A stretch of DNA of 64,000 nucleotides from Bacillales bacterium UBA6865 (lineage in GTDB: Bacteria; Bacillota_I; Bacilli_A; RFN20; CAG-826). Each line of letters begins with the position of its first letter. The first letter of the stretch is position 1. Where the stretch lies: assembly GCA_002449265.1 (NCBI GenBank), contig DKCV01000015.1, positions 31,120-95,119 of the forward strand, written 5' to 3'. Below, piece after piece: positions 29,004 to 39,365 of the stretch. The translations under genes were made by a program, and so were the position numbers. The notes beneath the pieces are model-generated. The model saw nothing but the letters and a program-made list of their open reading frames with translations, had not been told where the DNA came from and did not search any database.

Positions 29004-30749
29004 TTAGAAGAGATCTGGGAAGGTCTTCTTGAAGTAATCGTAGACACTTTGATCGTGATAGACCAAAGCCATCTTTTTGACAAAGTATTGATTACTGCTC
29101 TTCTTATAAGTATCAGAGCTAGAAAGTGTCGCAGCGATAGAACGAGCAACATAATCTCCAAAATATGGCTGATTCTTTAAGGCGTCGTAGTAGTTGTCTT
29201 TGTCAGTAGTGGCGAGTTTAGAACTCTTTACCGCTTCCTCGACATCAACCAAATACCAGTTGCTGGAATCGCCGATAACGTAAGGAATCTCGTTTCCGGT
29301 TTCATAAGTCTTTGGCGTGATGAGGTAGTGGCTATCGCCAGTGTTATCTGTAGCACCATTACGATACCAAACATAGCTACCATCTTCTTTTGCTGTGCCT
29401 TTTTTATTGAGGCTATCGACTTCTTCAGAAACGCCCATATTGAAGACACGGTTTTTGATATCGCTTGGGAGGTCGGTTAACCCTGTAGAAGTGTACCAGC
29501 CACTAACGGTGTTATCCTTTGTAAGGAGCTCTTTGTATTTGAGTTCCAAGCCATATTGATATGGATAGGCGTTGCTATTAGTGAAATCTTTGACGATGCT
29601 ATCGTTATCTTCGTCCGTTTTGTTAATTTTCAAATAATCTGCAATATATCCACCGAATGTCGACTCTTTGTAGATTTTTTTAGTATATTTGTTAGTTTCA
29701 GCATCTGACCAAGACTCAGAATTCGTGAAATCGGAATCGCTAAACAAATGCCAATCGGCGTCCGTATAGATCTTTGTGATAAGAGAATCATCTATATAAG
29801 AAGAATTCTCATAGAAAATGGTCCCTTTGATCATTGAATCGAGAACGCTAAATGGGTATTTGTCGAGTTTGTTTGCTTCGATAACTTGCTTAGCGTATTG
29901 GGCGACAAGCTGTTTTGTGGCTGCTTTATATTCGGCTTTGGTATTATCGGCGAGTTTGATGTAATTCACTTTTCTTCCGTAAGAAATACCAAGCGTGCGG
30001 TAGTTTTCACGAACTAGATATTCGCAAACTAATTCATCGCGATAGATGTCTGGGAGAACGCTCGTTTCAATATAGGAATTTTCCGTTTTTCCTTCGTCAT
30101 CTTTCCCATACGTATCCCAAATATTATCGAAATAAGATCTGATGATTGAAGCGTTTTGAGCCATATCTAGGTCATCTAGATGCTTAGAACCGTAAATTTG
30201 TTTTTTCGTTTCAACGATTTCATTTCTCTTTTTCCCTAAGGAAGAAGGATCGTTTTTCCATTGGGCGTCATAGAATTTCTTTTCCACGAACTGGCTTTCT
30301 TCTTGATATGTTGTGTTTGTCACATAGGAATAGAAAGTCTTATAGATGCGATATAAGAAATTGTTATAGATGCTCTTTAATTTATCGGTCGAGCCTTTTC
30401 CGTCTTCTCCGTGGTAAATTTCATATTTATCAGCGATAGTTTGAAGTTTTGCTATATCGCCACTATCGATAGCAGGTTTCAATTCGGTTAGGAAATCACC
30501 GAATACGCTCTTGCTATAAAGAACGAGGATATTATTCAAAACTTTTTCGCTATTGGAGTCACCTTCACTTACAAGAGCATCATAAATTTGACCCATTGTA
30601 TTGTTTTTGACATTATCAACATTAAGAATTTGTTGATTGTATTCACTTGAAGGAAGCTCTGCTTTTACCGTTGAACAGCCAACCATCATGGCACCGGCAG
30701 TTAAAACGCTTAACCCAAAAACGAGTAAATTCTTCTTATTGTTTAACAT
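29004..30749 (-). CDS. Large surface lipoprotein, unknown function (PrsA/SurA-N-like start)
   Basis: Start set at MLNNKKNLLVFGLSVLTAGAMMVGCS (lipobox MVGC) with AAAGGAGGAAAA upstream. 581 aa, rich in Y/D/N/K. I saw no catalytic motif. Confidence 0.65.
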   Translation of the reverse strand: MLNNKKNLLVFGLSVLTAGAMMVGCSTVKAELPSSEYNQQILNVDNVKNNTMGQIYDALVSEGDSNSEKVLNNILVLYSKSVFGDFLTELKPAIDSGDIAKLQTIADKYEIYHGEDGKGSTDKLKSIYNNFLYRIYKTFYSYVTNTTYQEESQFVEKKFYDAQWKNDPSSLGKKRNEIVETKKQIYGSKHLDDLDMAQNASIIRSYFDNIWDTYGKDDEGKTENSYIETSVLPDIYRDELVCEYLVRENYRTLGISYGRKVNYIKLADNTKAEYKAATKQLVAQYAKQVIEANKLDKYPFSVLDSMIKGTIFYENSSYIDDSLITKIYTDADWHLFSDSDFTNSESWSDAETNKYTKKIYKESTFGGYIADYLKINKTDEDNDSIVKDFTNSNAYPYQYGLELKYKELLTKDNTVSGWYTSTGLTDLPSDIKNRVFNMGVSEEVDSLNKKGTAKEDGSYVWYRNGATDNTGDSHYLITPKTYETGNEIPYVIGDSSNWYLVDVEEAVKSSKLATTDKDNYYDALKNQPYFGDYVARSIAATLSSSDTYKKSSNQYFVKKMALVYHDQSVYDYFKKTFPDLF

Positions 30750-32757
30750 AGTAGCATTTTCCTCCTTTTTGCCAATTTTCCCCGCTATGGTCTTTGAAGC
30801 CAATTGCGCATACTTCGCTTAGCATCGCTTTATTTTGCGTTGCGCTTCCTTCGTAAACATCGGGAAGCTTGTAATCTCTTAAGCTATTCTGCCTTTGAAG
30901 TTTTTGGGCATATGACTTCCAGTTTTTGACCCAAGTTTGATAATTCTCGTCTTTTGTCGATTGACGTTTGGTGATGCTATAGTTGCGGATACGCTTGCCA
31001 AGCGCCTCATCGGTAAACTTAATCGAGCCATCTTCGATAAGGGATTGGAAAATGTATGTGCTAAGAGCGCTATTGTAGGTTTTCACTGCGTTAGTGATTC
31101 TTCCTTGTCTAGAAGTATAGACCGAAGATTCTTTTCCAGCGTTATAGTTCACATAAGTATCTTTGTCTTTCTTATCTGCGCCATAAGTTGGATAGCCTTC
31201 TTCACCTGGTTTGACCATGGTGTAATATTCGCTTAGCGTGCTAACGCTTTCGCTAGAAGTTCCGGCTTGTTTCACGAATTCGCCATTAAGGTCGAGACCG
31301 CTACGTTGAAGAACCATTAAATGGACTCCTTGATAGCTAGAACCGCTTCCAGCACGAACGGCAAGAACAATATTTCCGTCTTTGTCTGTTAAAACGTTTT
31401 CATTAAGGCCAACGATATTCTTTGTGTTGACTTGGAAACCTGGGAGTTTTTTATAGTCCTCTGAAACAACGCCATCCTTTTTTTCCGCGTCGTCTACTCT
31501 ATTCGTATTGTAAGCAATGTCATTTGGCGTAATGACACAGACGTTGTGTTTATTAAAATATTTATTAAATAGGATGTTACGCGGATAGAAAGTGGCTTTT
31601 CCTTCATAAACGGTGTTTCCACTTTGATCAGTCGTGATATTGGCTGATTTTAGAAGTGCTTTGGCTGCGCCATAAGGAATCTGCCCGATGCCATGAGTGC
31701 CATCATCGTATTTTTCTCCATACGCAAAGAAATCATGGATGGTAGTCCCTTCGCCTGGGCCAGCTCCGAGTCTTTGATCAGTATCGATATCAGAAGCGCT
31801 CGTCGCATCTATTTTTAAGCCTGGGGTTAATGATGCAACATTCTTATCGTAATAATCTTTTTCCGCGCCAGTCGTATTTTGATAGCCCTTGTTATAAAGA
31901 GTTTCAAAAGCATACATGCCGAGTTTGAATTCTGGAACGAGATCGCTGCTCATTACTTTGGTGGTTGGTTCATTCAATTCACCATAAGCTTTGCCGCTAG
32001 TTTCATCATCAGAAGCGGCTTCTGCGATTTCACCAAAGGTTTCGCGGATTCCGCCTTCGCTAGAATCTCCGGCCAAACGAGTGATAGTTAATCCGAGCTT
32101 TTTTGCGTTGTCTTCACTAATCTCAGCTTGAGTGTATTCGCCATCAGCAGCGTCAACTTTCACCAAGATGTGGCGGATATTCATTGGGACTTGCTCACGG
32201 ATCCAACCTTTGTTTTCGGCACCATAAGTGTCGCTTGCTTTCATGAAAAGGTCATCGGACGTTAAGCCGTCTTTCGATCCATCGCGAATGTAGTCGAGAT
32301 AGTCGTTATTGTATTTGTTCTCGAAATTTTTCTTTTCTTCTTGATAGAGGAAATGGTCATAAAGTTCATCGAGATTCTTGACGTTATTCTTGTCGAAAAT
32401 CTTCTCGAGTTCCTCTTTGTAGTTTCCACCGGCATTCTTCGCGGCTTGTTGCTGTTCGACAACGAGTCGATTGGCTTCGGTTTTTGCCACGCTGAGAGAC
32501 GCTTTCATTTCTGGTTTTTCGTAATATTTACGAATGAGAACCTCGTAAACTTTGTCGAATTCGGTAGATGCGCTTTTTCCACCGAGTTGATAGCTCTTTT
32601 CGAGGTCGCTAGCCGTGTAAGAAACGGTTGTTCCTAATGCGGTTGTATAAGTAAAAATGGTGCCATCATTTGCTTTGGTGGGCATGTTGCAAGAAGCCAA
32701 AGCAGCACAGGTGGCAGCCAACGTTACTAGACATAGAGCGGATTTAGATTTCTTCAT
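30736..32757 (-). CDS. Large lipoprotein with parvulin-type peptidyl-prolyl isomerase-like domain (PrsA-like foldase)
   Basis: Start set at MKKSKSALCLVTLAATCAALASC (lipobox LASC) with AAAGGAGGAG upstream. A central segment (NIRHILVKVD...FGEIAEAASDDETSGKAYGEL...DLVPEFKLGMYAFE) follows the parvulin pattern. Its 3' end overlaps the next lipoprotein gene by 14 nt. Confidence 0.6.
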   Translation of the reverse strand: MKKSKSALCLVTLAATCAALASCNMPTKANDGTIFTYTTALGTTVSYTASDLEKSYQLGGKSASTEFDKVYEVLIRKYYEKPEMKASLSVAKTEANRLVVEQQQAAKNAGGNYKEELEKIFDKNNVKNLDELYDHFLYQEEKKNFENKYNNDYLDYIRDGSKDGLTSDDLFMKASDTYGAENKGWIREQVPMNIRHILVKVDAADGEYTQAEISEDNAKKLGLTITRLAGDSSEGGIRETFGEIAEAASDDETSGKAYGELNEPTTKVMSSDLVPEFKLGMYAFETLYNKGYQNTTGAEKDYYDKNVASLTPGLKIDATSASDIDTDQRLGAGPGEGTTIHDFFAYGEKYDDGTHGIGQIPYGAAKALLKSANITTDQSGNTVYEGKATFYPRNILFNKYFNKHNVCVITPNDIAYNTNRVDDAEKKDGVVSEDYKKLPGFQVNTKNIVGLNENVLTDKDGNIVLAVRAGSGSSYQGVHLMVLQRSGLDLNGEFVKQAGTSSESVSTLSEYYTMVKPGEEGYPTYGADKKDKDTYVNYNAGKESSVYTSRQGRITNAVKTYNSALSTYIFQSLIEDGSIKFTDEALGKRIRNYSITKRQSTKDENYQTWVKNWKSYAQKLQRQNSLRDYKLPDVYEGSATQNKAMLSEVCAIGFKDHSGENWQKGGKCYYVKQ

Positions 32758-32928
32758 TTGTTGATTCGCTCCTCCTTTAAACATAATGCTCGATAAGTTT
32801 ATTCTCTTTAGAGAATGGGTGCAACATCTAAAATAAGTCATTTTTGCGGTTTATGTTTTTCCTATGTCTTATCGTTTGCCACTTCGATGGCGTAATATTA
32901 GAATTAATTGCTTTTTCAGGAGCGAGTA

Positions 32929-33759
32929 ATGTTCACATTAAAAATTAAAAATTTACATGTTTCCGTGAAGGGAACTCCCATACTTCGTGGCGTCGATTTG
33001 GAAGTGAATGAAGGCGAAACCATCGCTTTACTTGGACCAAATGGGCACGGGAAGAGCACCTTATTAGCGGCGATTATGGGTAATCCCGCCTATCAAGTCA
33101 ATGAAGGATCGATCACGCTTGATGGCAAGGATATTTTAAAAATGCCAGTGGACGAAAGGTCGAAAGCCGGCTTATTCCTTGGGATGCAATATCCTAGCGA
33201 AATCCCTGGTTTAAATAACGCTGATTTCTTAAAAGCGGCAATGAATGCACATCGCGAAAAACCGATGAATTTATTTGAACTTTATTCCAAATTGCAAAGT
33301 GCTTATAAGGAGATGGATATTCCTTTCGAAATGAGCAAAAGGAATTTGAACGAAGGATTCTCTGGCGGCGAGAAAAAACGTAATGAAATTTTACAAATGA
33401 GACTCCTTTCTCCCAAGATTGCGATGCTTGATGAAATTGATTCGGGGCTCGATGTTGATGCGATGCAAATTGTTGCTAGTAGCATTCGAAAACAGCAAAA
33501 CGAAGGGACTGGTTTTTTGATTATTAGTCACTACGCTCGCTTATACGGGATGATTCATCCGAGTAAAGCTGCAGTTCTTATCAACGGGAAAATCGCCGTG
33601 ACAGGCGGGCCTGAACTAATTGACCGTGTCGATCATGAGGGGTATGAATGGATTCACCGCGAACTCGGAATCAATATCGAAAAAGAAGTTGATGCACCGA
33701 TGAACCATGTGAGCGTTGGTTCTTGCTTAACAAAGGAAATCGTCAATGGAAAAAAATAG
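32929..33759 (+). CDS. sufC: Fe-S cluster assembly ATPase SufC
   Basis: Walker A GPNGHGKST, signature FSGGEKKRNEI, Walker B AMLDEIDSGLD and H-loop ISHY. Confidence 0.92.
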   Translation: MFTLKIKNLHVSVKGTPILRGVDLEVNEGETIALLGPNGHGKSTLLAAIMGNPAYQVNEGSITLDGKDILKMPVDERSKAGLFLGMQYPSEIPGLNNADFLKAAMNAHREKPMNLFELYSKLQSAYKEMDIPFEMSKRNLNEGFSGGEKKRNEILQMRLLSPKIAMLDEIDSGLDVDAMQIVASSIRKQQNEGTGFLIISHYARLYGMIHPSKAAVLINGKIAVTGGPELIDRVDHEGYEWIHRELGINIEKEVDAPMNHVSVGSCLTKEIVNGKK

Positions 33760-34432
33760 AATTTCCTATATTGATAAAATTCCTGAAAACGTCAATTTAA
33801 TGGTAAAGGCAAATGAATGCCTTCATCTAGAATTGGCTAGTTTTTCAAAACTCGGCGATATTCAGATCAATATCGGTGTTTTTAAGGACGCGACTGCCGA
33901 AATTTGTTTTGCCGATTTCAGCCATGATAGTGGTAAAGTTACAATTGAGGTTAATCTTTTAGAAGAAGGCGCTACAGTGAGTTGGAACCTTGCTTCTTTG
34001 TCAATGAATCAAGACGTAAAACAATTTTCGCCTTCCGTTTATCATAAAGCGCCTCACACTCGTGCCTTGGTGAAAAATTACGGTATCGCCCGTGATGCGT
34101 CCTCCTTATTTTTCTACGGCGAATCTTCGATTGCTCAGGGGAGCGCTAAATCGTTTACCCGCCAAGAAGCGAAAATTATTGTTTTCGATGAAAAATGCAA
34201 AGGGAAAGCATCGCCGGTTCTAAAAATTTCGGAAAATGACGTTGAGGCAAGCCACGGGGCTGCCGTAGGGCGTCTTAACGAGAATCATCTTTTCTATTTG
34301 ATGAGCAGAGGCTTAACGCTAGAGGAGGCAAAACGTCTTGTTACGTTAGGCTATTTAAAACCAATTGAAGAATATTTTGAGGATGAAACAATCCGTCAAA
34401 GAATCGATCAAGCCATCGAAGGAGGCATCTAA
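33746..34432 (+). CDS. sufD: Fe-S cluster assembly protein SufD (short form, 228 aa)
   Basis: C-terminal SufB/SufD signature ([39 protein letters not shown]) and position between sufC and sufS. Confidence 0.75.
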   Translation: MEKNRISYIDKIPENVNLMVKANECLHLELASFSKLGDIQINIGVFKDATAEICFADFSHDSGKVTIEVNLLEEGATVSWNLASLSMNQDVKQFSPSVYHKAPHTRALVKNYGIARDASSLFFYGESSIAQGSAKSFTRQEAKIIVFDEKCKGKASPVLKISENDVEASHGAAVGRLNENHLFYLMSRGLTLEEAKRLVTLGYLKPIEEYFEDETIRQRIDQAIEGGI

Positions 34433-34433
34433 C

Positions 34434-35666
34434 ATGTTTGATGTCAAAAAAGTACGCCTAGATTTTCCAATGCTTAGAAACAATATCCAAATGCAGGGCA
34501 AACCATTGATTTGGCTTGATAACGCCTCAACGACATTCAAACCTGATTGCGTGAGAGAAGCGGTGGACGCTTATTATCTCAGCGAAACAAGCAATAGCCA
34601 TCGTGGCGATTATGATCTTTGTGCCCAAATGGATCAAAAAATATTGGAAGCAAGAGAAACGGTCGCTAAATTTATCAATTCGAAAACGGAAGAAGTCGTT
34701 TTTACTTCTGGAACAACCGGCTCTTTGAATCTTGTCGCTTTTGGGTATGGCTCAAAATATCTAAAGGAAAACGATGAGATCCTTCTTACGGAAGCCGAAC
34801 ACGCAAGTAACGTCCTTCCTTGGTACAAAGTCCATGAAATGACGGGCGCGAAAATCAAATTCATTCCGCTAGATAAAGATGGAAGATTGACGGTAGAAAA
34901 TCTCCGCAAAACCATCACAAAAAACACAAAAGTTGTTTCCGTTGCAATGGTGACGAATGTTTTAGGCTATATTGCTCCAATCAAAGAATTAGCCAAGGTT
35001 TGCCACGAATTTGGGGCGGTTCTAGTTTGTGATGGGGCTCAATCAGTGCCACATATTAAAACAGATGTTAAGGATTTAGATTGCGATTTCTTAGCGTTCA
35101 GCGGCCATAAACTGTGTGGTCCAACCGGAATCGGAGTTTTATATGGCAAATTCCCTCTTTTATCCAAAATGGAACCATTTATGACGGGTGGAGGGATGAA
35201 CGCGAAATTCGATTTATGCGGAGATGTTGCTTACTTAGAACCCCCGCTTCGTTTTGAAGCTGGCACACAAAACATGGAAGGCATCCTTGGCTTAAAAGCG
35301 GCGATTGATTATATTTCTAAGCTTGGAATGGATAATATCGAAGCTTATGAACGTAGCCTAAAAGAATATGCCGTTTCGGAATTAGAAAAAACGGGGAACG
35401 CGATTCTATATAACGCGAAAAGCGAAGCGGGAATCGTTACCTTTAATATTAAAGATGTCTTTGCTCAAGATGCCGCGACCTTTCTTAATTCGCGCGGAAT
35501 CGCTTGCCGAAGCGGCCAACACTGCGCAAAAATCCTCATCGATTTCCTTAAAACGGTCGCTACGGTTCGCGCCTCTTTCTATTTTTATACCACAAAGGAA
35601 GACATTGACGAGCTTGTCGATGCGGTTAGACACGGAAAGGAGTTCCTCGATGCCTATTTCAATTGA
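34434..35666 (+). CDS. sufS: Cysteine desulfurase SufS
   Basis: PLP-Lys motif FSGHKLCGPTGIGVLYG, catalytic Cys RSGQHCA and N-terminus DFPML. GGAGG 7 nt upstream of ATG 34434. Confidence 0.92.
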   Translation: MFDVKKVRLDFPMLRNNIQMQGKPLIWLDNASTTFKPDCVREAVDAYYLSETSNSHRGDYDLCAQMDQKILEARETVAKFINSKTEEVVFTSGTTGSLNLVAFGYGSKYLKENDEILLTEAEHASNVLPWYKVHEMTGAKIKFIPLDKDGRLTVENLRKTITKNTKVVSVAMVTNVLGYIAPIKELAKVCHEFGAVLVCDGAQSVPHIKTDVKDLDCDFLAFSGHKLCGPTGIGVLYGKFPLLSKMEPFMTGGGMNAKFDLCGDVAYLEPPLRFEAGTQNMEGILGLKAAIDYISKLGMDNIEAYERSLKEYAVSELEKTGNAILYNAKSEAGIVTFNIKDVFAQDAATFLNSRGIACRSGQHCAKILIDFLKTVATVRASFYFYTTKEDIDELVDAVRHGKEFLDAYFN

Positions 35667-36096
35667 ATTAACCCCTTCTATGATGAGAGAAATCATCATG
35701 GACCATTATTCTTCTCCGCGCCATAAAGGAGTGCCTACGGAAGAAGGATATCAAAAAATCCATACCGATTCCGTTAATTGCATCGATGATTTTGATCTTT
35801 ATTTGAAAGCAAAAGATGATGTTGTTATTGATGCACGCTGGGAAGGGGTCGCTTGCACGATTTCTAGCGCAAGCACCGACATTCTTTGCGAGCAAGTAAT
35901 TGGAAAAAACTTCCAAGAATCCGAATATATGATTCAGCAATATCTCAATATGATTGAAGAAAAGCCCTACGATGATTCGGTTTTAAATGAGGCCCTTGTT
36001 TTCATGAACACGGGTAAGCAAGCAGCGCGAATCCACTGCGCGACCATGGGTTGGACGGCAATGGATGAGCTTCTCAAGGACGAGGAGCATAAATAA
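35650..36096 (+). CDS. sufU: Fe-S cluster scaffold/sulfur-transfer protein SufU
   Basis: [23 protein letters not shown] and RIHCATMGW motifs. AAAGGAG upstream. Overlaps the sufS end. Confidence 0.88.
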   Translation: MPISIELTPSMMREIIMDHYSSPRHKGVPTEEGYQKIHTDSVNCIDDFDLYLKAKDDVVIDARWEGVACTISSASTDILCEQVIGKNFQESEYMIQQYLNMIEEKPYDDSVLNEALVFMNTGKQAARIHCATMGWTAMDELLKDEEHK

Positions 36097-36097
36097 T

Positions 36098-37495
36098 ATG
36101 GCGGATACGAAGTTCCTCGACGAAAAATATAAGTACGATTTTAAGACGAACGCCGATATCGTTTTTTCAACTGGCGTTGGCTTAAATGACGATGTTGTTA
36201 GAGCAATCAGCAAAGAAAAAAACGAACCAGATTGGATGCTTGATTTTCGCCTTAAAGCCCTTCACACGTTCCAAAAAATGCCGATGCCTACGTATGGCCC
36301 AGACCTAAGCCTTTTGGATTTTGATCATTACACCTATTTTACACGTGTTGCGAATAACGAAACAAAAGATTGGTCGAAGGTTCCTGAAGCGGTAAAAAAC
36401 ACCTTTAAGAAATTAGGAATCCCAGAAGCGGAGCAAAAGTATCTTTCTGGAGTAACGACTCAATATGAATCGGAAGTCGTTTACCATAACATGCTAAAAG
36501 AAGTGGAAGAAAAAGGCGTAATCTTTCTTTCAACGGATATGGGGTTGCAATTATTCCCTGAGCTTTTCCGCAAATACTTCGGAACCGTGGTTCCGATTGC
36601 CGATAATAAATTTTCGGCGCTCAATGGTGCAGTTTGGAGTGGTGGCTCGTTTATTTATGTCCCAAAAGGCGTAAAACTAGAAAAACCTCTTCAATCCTAT
36701 TTCCGTATCAATAACGAAAAGACGGGCCAATTCGAACGAACGCTGATTATTTGCGACGAAGGTAGCGATATCCATTATATCGAAGGGTGCACTGCCCCAA
36801 TTTACCAGAAAGAATCCCTCCATAGCGGCGTCGTGGAGATTGTTGTCTTGAAAGGCGCGCATTGCCGTTATAGCACGGTGCAAAATTGGAGTAACAATAT
36901 CGTTAATCTTGTCACCCAACGCGCTAAAGTGGGGGAAAACGGCTTCATGGAATGGGTTGATGGCAACATTGGCAGCATGCGCAATATGAAGTACCCTGCT
37001 TGCATCTTAGAAGGGGATGGCGCAAAAGGGAGCGCGATTTCGATTGCTGTCGGTGGCAAAAATCAATTCCAAGACAATGGCGCTAGGATGATTCATATTG
37101 GTAAAAACACCTCTTCAACCATTATCAGCAAGTCCATTTGCAAAAATGGCGGAACCGCAAATTACCGCGGAACTGTAAGGATAATGCCTTCTGCGACTGG
37201 TTCTTTTGCCCATGAAGAATGCGATACGCTTATTTTAGACAATCTTTCTTCTAGTGACACGATTCCAAAGAACGAAGTGTTCAATTCCTCTAGCACCTTA
37301 GAGCATGAAGCTACGGTTTCAAAGATCAATGAGGAGCAGCTCTTCTATTTGATGAGTAGAGGATTAAGCGAAGAAGAAGCGACACAAATGATTGTGATGG
37401 GCTTCATTGAACCTTTCTCAAGAGAATTGCCGATGGAATATGCGGTGGAGTTGAATCAGCTCATTAAGTTAGATATGTCGGATGCGATTGGTTAA
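36098..37495 (+). CDS. sufB: Fe-S cluster assembly protein SufB
   Basis: 465 aa with typical SufB sequence throughout ([44 protein letters not shown]). Confidence 0.93.
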   Translation: MADTKFLDEKYKYDFKTNADIVFSTGVGLNDDVVRAISKEKNEPDWMLDFRLKALHTFQKMPMPTYGPDLSLLDFDHYTYFTRVANNETKDWSKVPEAVKNTFKKLGIPEAEQKYLSGVTTQYESEVVYHNMLKEVEEKGVIFLSTDMGLQLFPELFRKYFGTVVPIADNKFSALNGAVWSGGSFIYVPKGVKLEKPLQSYFRINNEKTGQFERTLIICDEGSDIHYIEGCTAPIYQKESLHSGVVEIVVLKGAHCRYSTVQNWSNNIVNLVTQRAKVGENGFMEWVDGNIGSMRNMKYPACILEGDGAKGSAISIAVGGKNQFQDNGARMIHIGKNTSSTIISKSICKNGGTANYRGTVRIMPSATGSFAHEECDTLILDNLSSSDTIPKNEVFNSSSTLEHEATVSKINEEQLFYLMSRGLSEEEATQMIVMGFIEPFSRELPMEYAVELNQLIKLDMSDAIG

Positions 37496-37496
37496 T

Positions 37497-39365
37497 ATGG
37501 ATTACGATATCATTGTTGTGGGCGCTGGACACGCCGGAGTAGAAGCTTCTTTAGCCGGAGCCCATATGGGGCTCAAGGTACTTTTACTTACTTTGAATAA
37601 GAAAATGATTGCCAATATGCCGTGCAATCCTCATATCGGGGGAAGCGCAAAAGGCATCGTGGTTCGCGAAATCGATGCGCTTGGCGGATTTATGGGGATT
37701 GCTGCTGATCATCATCCTCTCCAAATCAAAATGCTGAATACGGGGAAAGGGCCCGGGGTTCAATGCCTCCGCGCGCAAGAAGATAAAAAAGGGTATCCTG
37801 CTTTTGTTCAAAGCGTTGTGCTCAATACGAAAAATCTCGACGTCAGGGAAGAAGAAGTAAAATCACTCCTTCATGATGAAAATACCGTTTATGGCGTCAA
37901 ATTAGCGAGCGGAGAAGAAATTCATTCGAAAGCCGTGATTCTTACCACTGGCACCTACATGAATAGTACGATAATTTCTGGACAAGACGTTCATACCGGT
38001 GGGCCAGATGAGCAAAAAGCCAGTGTTGGTTTATCCGCTTCTTTAGAAGAAATGGGGATCGAACTTTTCCGTTTAAAGACGGGGACACCACCGCGTCTAG
38101 CCAAAGATACCATCGATTTTTCTAAAGGCTCAATTCAACCAGGAATGGATGGAGAGCTCGCTTTTTCTTATTCGACAACTCATTTCACTCCTTTAAAGAA
38201 CCAACTACCTTGCTATTTAATTTATACAACGGCTGAAACCTTGCACTTAATTCAGAATAATCTCGACAAATCCGCTGTATTTAATGGAACGATAAAAGGA
38301 ATCGGCCCTCGATATTGCCCATCCATTGAAAGCAAAGTCGTACGCTTTGCGGATAAAGAGAGACACCAACTATTCTTAGAGCCAGAATTTGAAAACGGGA
38401 ATAGCATTTATCTTCAAGGATTTTCCAATGGCTTTCCTCATGATTTCCAAGAAAAACTTGTGCGGACATTGCCAGGATGCGAAAATGCGAAACTATTGAA
38501 ATACGCCTATCAAATCGAATATGACGCGATTAAGCCACTTCAATTCGATGCATCGCTTCGCGTTAAAAAATATCGTGGATTATACGGGGCTGGTCAAATA
38601 TGCGGTACAAGCGGCTATGAAGAAGCGGCTGGCTTAGGGCTTATGGCAGGGATTAACGCCGCTCTTATGATTCAAAAGAAAGAGCCGTTCGTCCTTCGCC
38701 GCGATGAAAGTTATATCGGAGTAATGATCGATGATTTGGTAACGAAAGGCACGGATGAGCCGTATCGGTTAATGTCATCACGCGCAGAATTCCGTTTGCT
38801 TTTACGTCACGATAATGCCGATTCTCGCTTAACAAAATATGGCTATGAACTTGGCTTAATTTCGGAAGAGAGGTATCAATCATTCTTAGAAAAATATCGC
38901 AAAATCGATGAAGCGATTGCTTTACTGGATCAAACTATTGATCGGCGGGAAGCTTGTAATGAGTTTTTAAAAACAAAAGGATTTAAAGATACCGATATTG
39001 GGCATCGTGGCTTAGATTTGCTTAAGCGCCCTGGCATTACTTACCGTGAACTCGCACCATTTTTAAGCGCCCTCGATAAATTCCATTTTGATGATGCTTC
39101 TACGCTTTCGCTAGAAACAAAGGTAAAATACGAAGGCTACATTCAAAAAGAGATTCGCGATGCGAAAAATGCGGCAAAACTAGAATACATTAAATTACCG
39201 ACTGACATTGACTATTCTAAGATTGATGGCTTAGCGTTAGAAGCTAGACAAAAATTAAATCAAGTTATGCCGCGCACTCTTGGACAAGCAAGCCGAATCA
39301 GCGGCGTTAACCCAAGTGATGTTTCCATTTTGATACTTCTATTACGAAAGAGAGGAATATTATGA
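37497..39365 (+). CDS. mnmG: tRNA uridine-5-carboxymethylaminomethyl modification enzyme MnmG (GidA)
   Basis: MDYDIIVVGAGHAGVEA FAD site, GPRYCPSIE and GQINGTSGYEEAA-like (GQICGTSGYEEAA). 622 aa. Confidence 0.95.
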   Translation: MDYDIIVVGAGHAGVEASLAGAHMGLKVLLLTLNKKMIANMPCNPHIGGSAKGIVVREIDALGGFMGIAADHHPLQIKMLNTGKGPGVQCLRAQEDKKGYPAFVQSVVLNTKNLDVREEEVKSLLHDENTVYGVKLASGEEIHSKAVILTTGTYMNSTIISGQDVHTGGPDEQKASVGLSASLEEMGIELFRLKTGTPPRLAKDTIDFSKGSIQPGMDGELAFSYSTTHFTPLKNQLPCYLIYTTAETLHLIQNNLDKSAVFNGTIKGIGPRYCPSIESKVVRFADKERHQLFLEPEFENGNSIYLQGFSNGFPHDFQEKLVRTLPGCENAKLLKYAYQIEYDAIKPLQFDASLRVKKYRGLYGAGQICGTSGYEEAAGLGLMAGINAALMIQKKEPFVLRRDESYIGVMIDDLVTKGTDEPYRLMSSRAEFRLLLRHDNADSRLTKYGYELGLISEERYQSFLEKYRKIDEAIALLDQTIDRREACNEFLKTKGFKDTDIGHRGLDLLKRPGITYRELAPFLSALDKFHFDDASTLSLETKVKYEGYIQKEIRDAKNAAKLEYIKLPTDIDYSKIDGLALEARQKLNQVMPRTLGQASRISGVNPSDVSILILLLRKRGIL

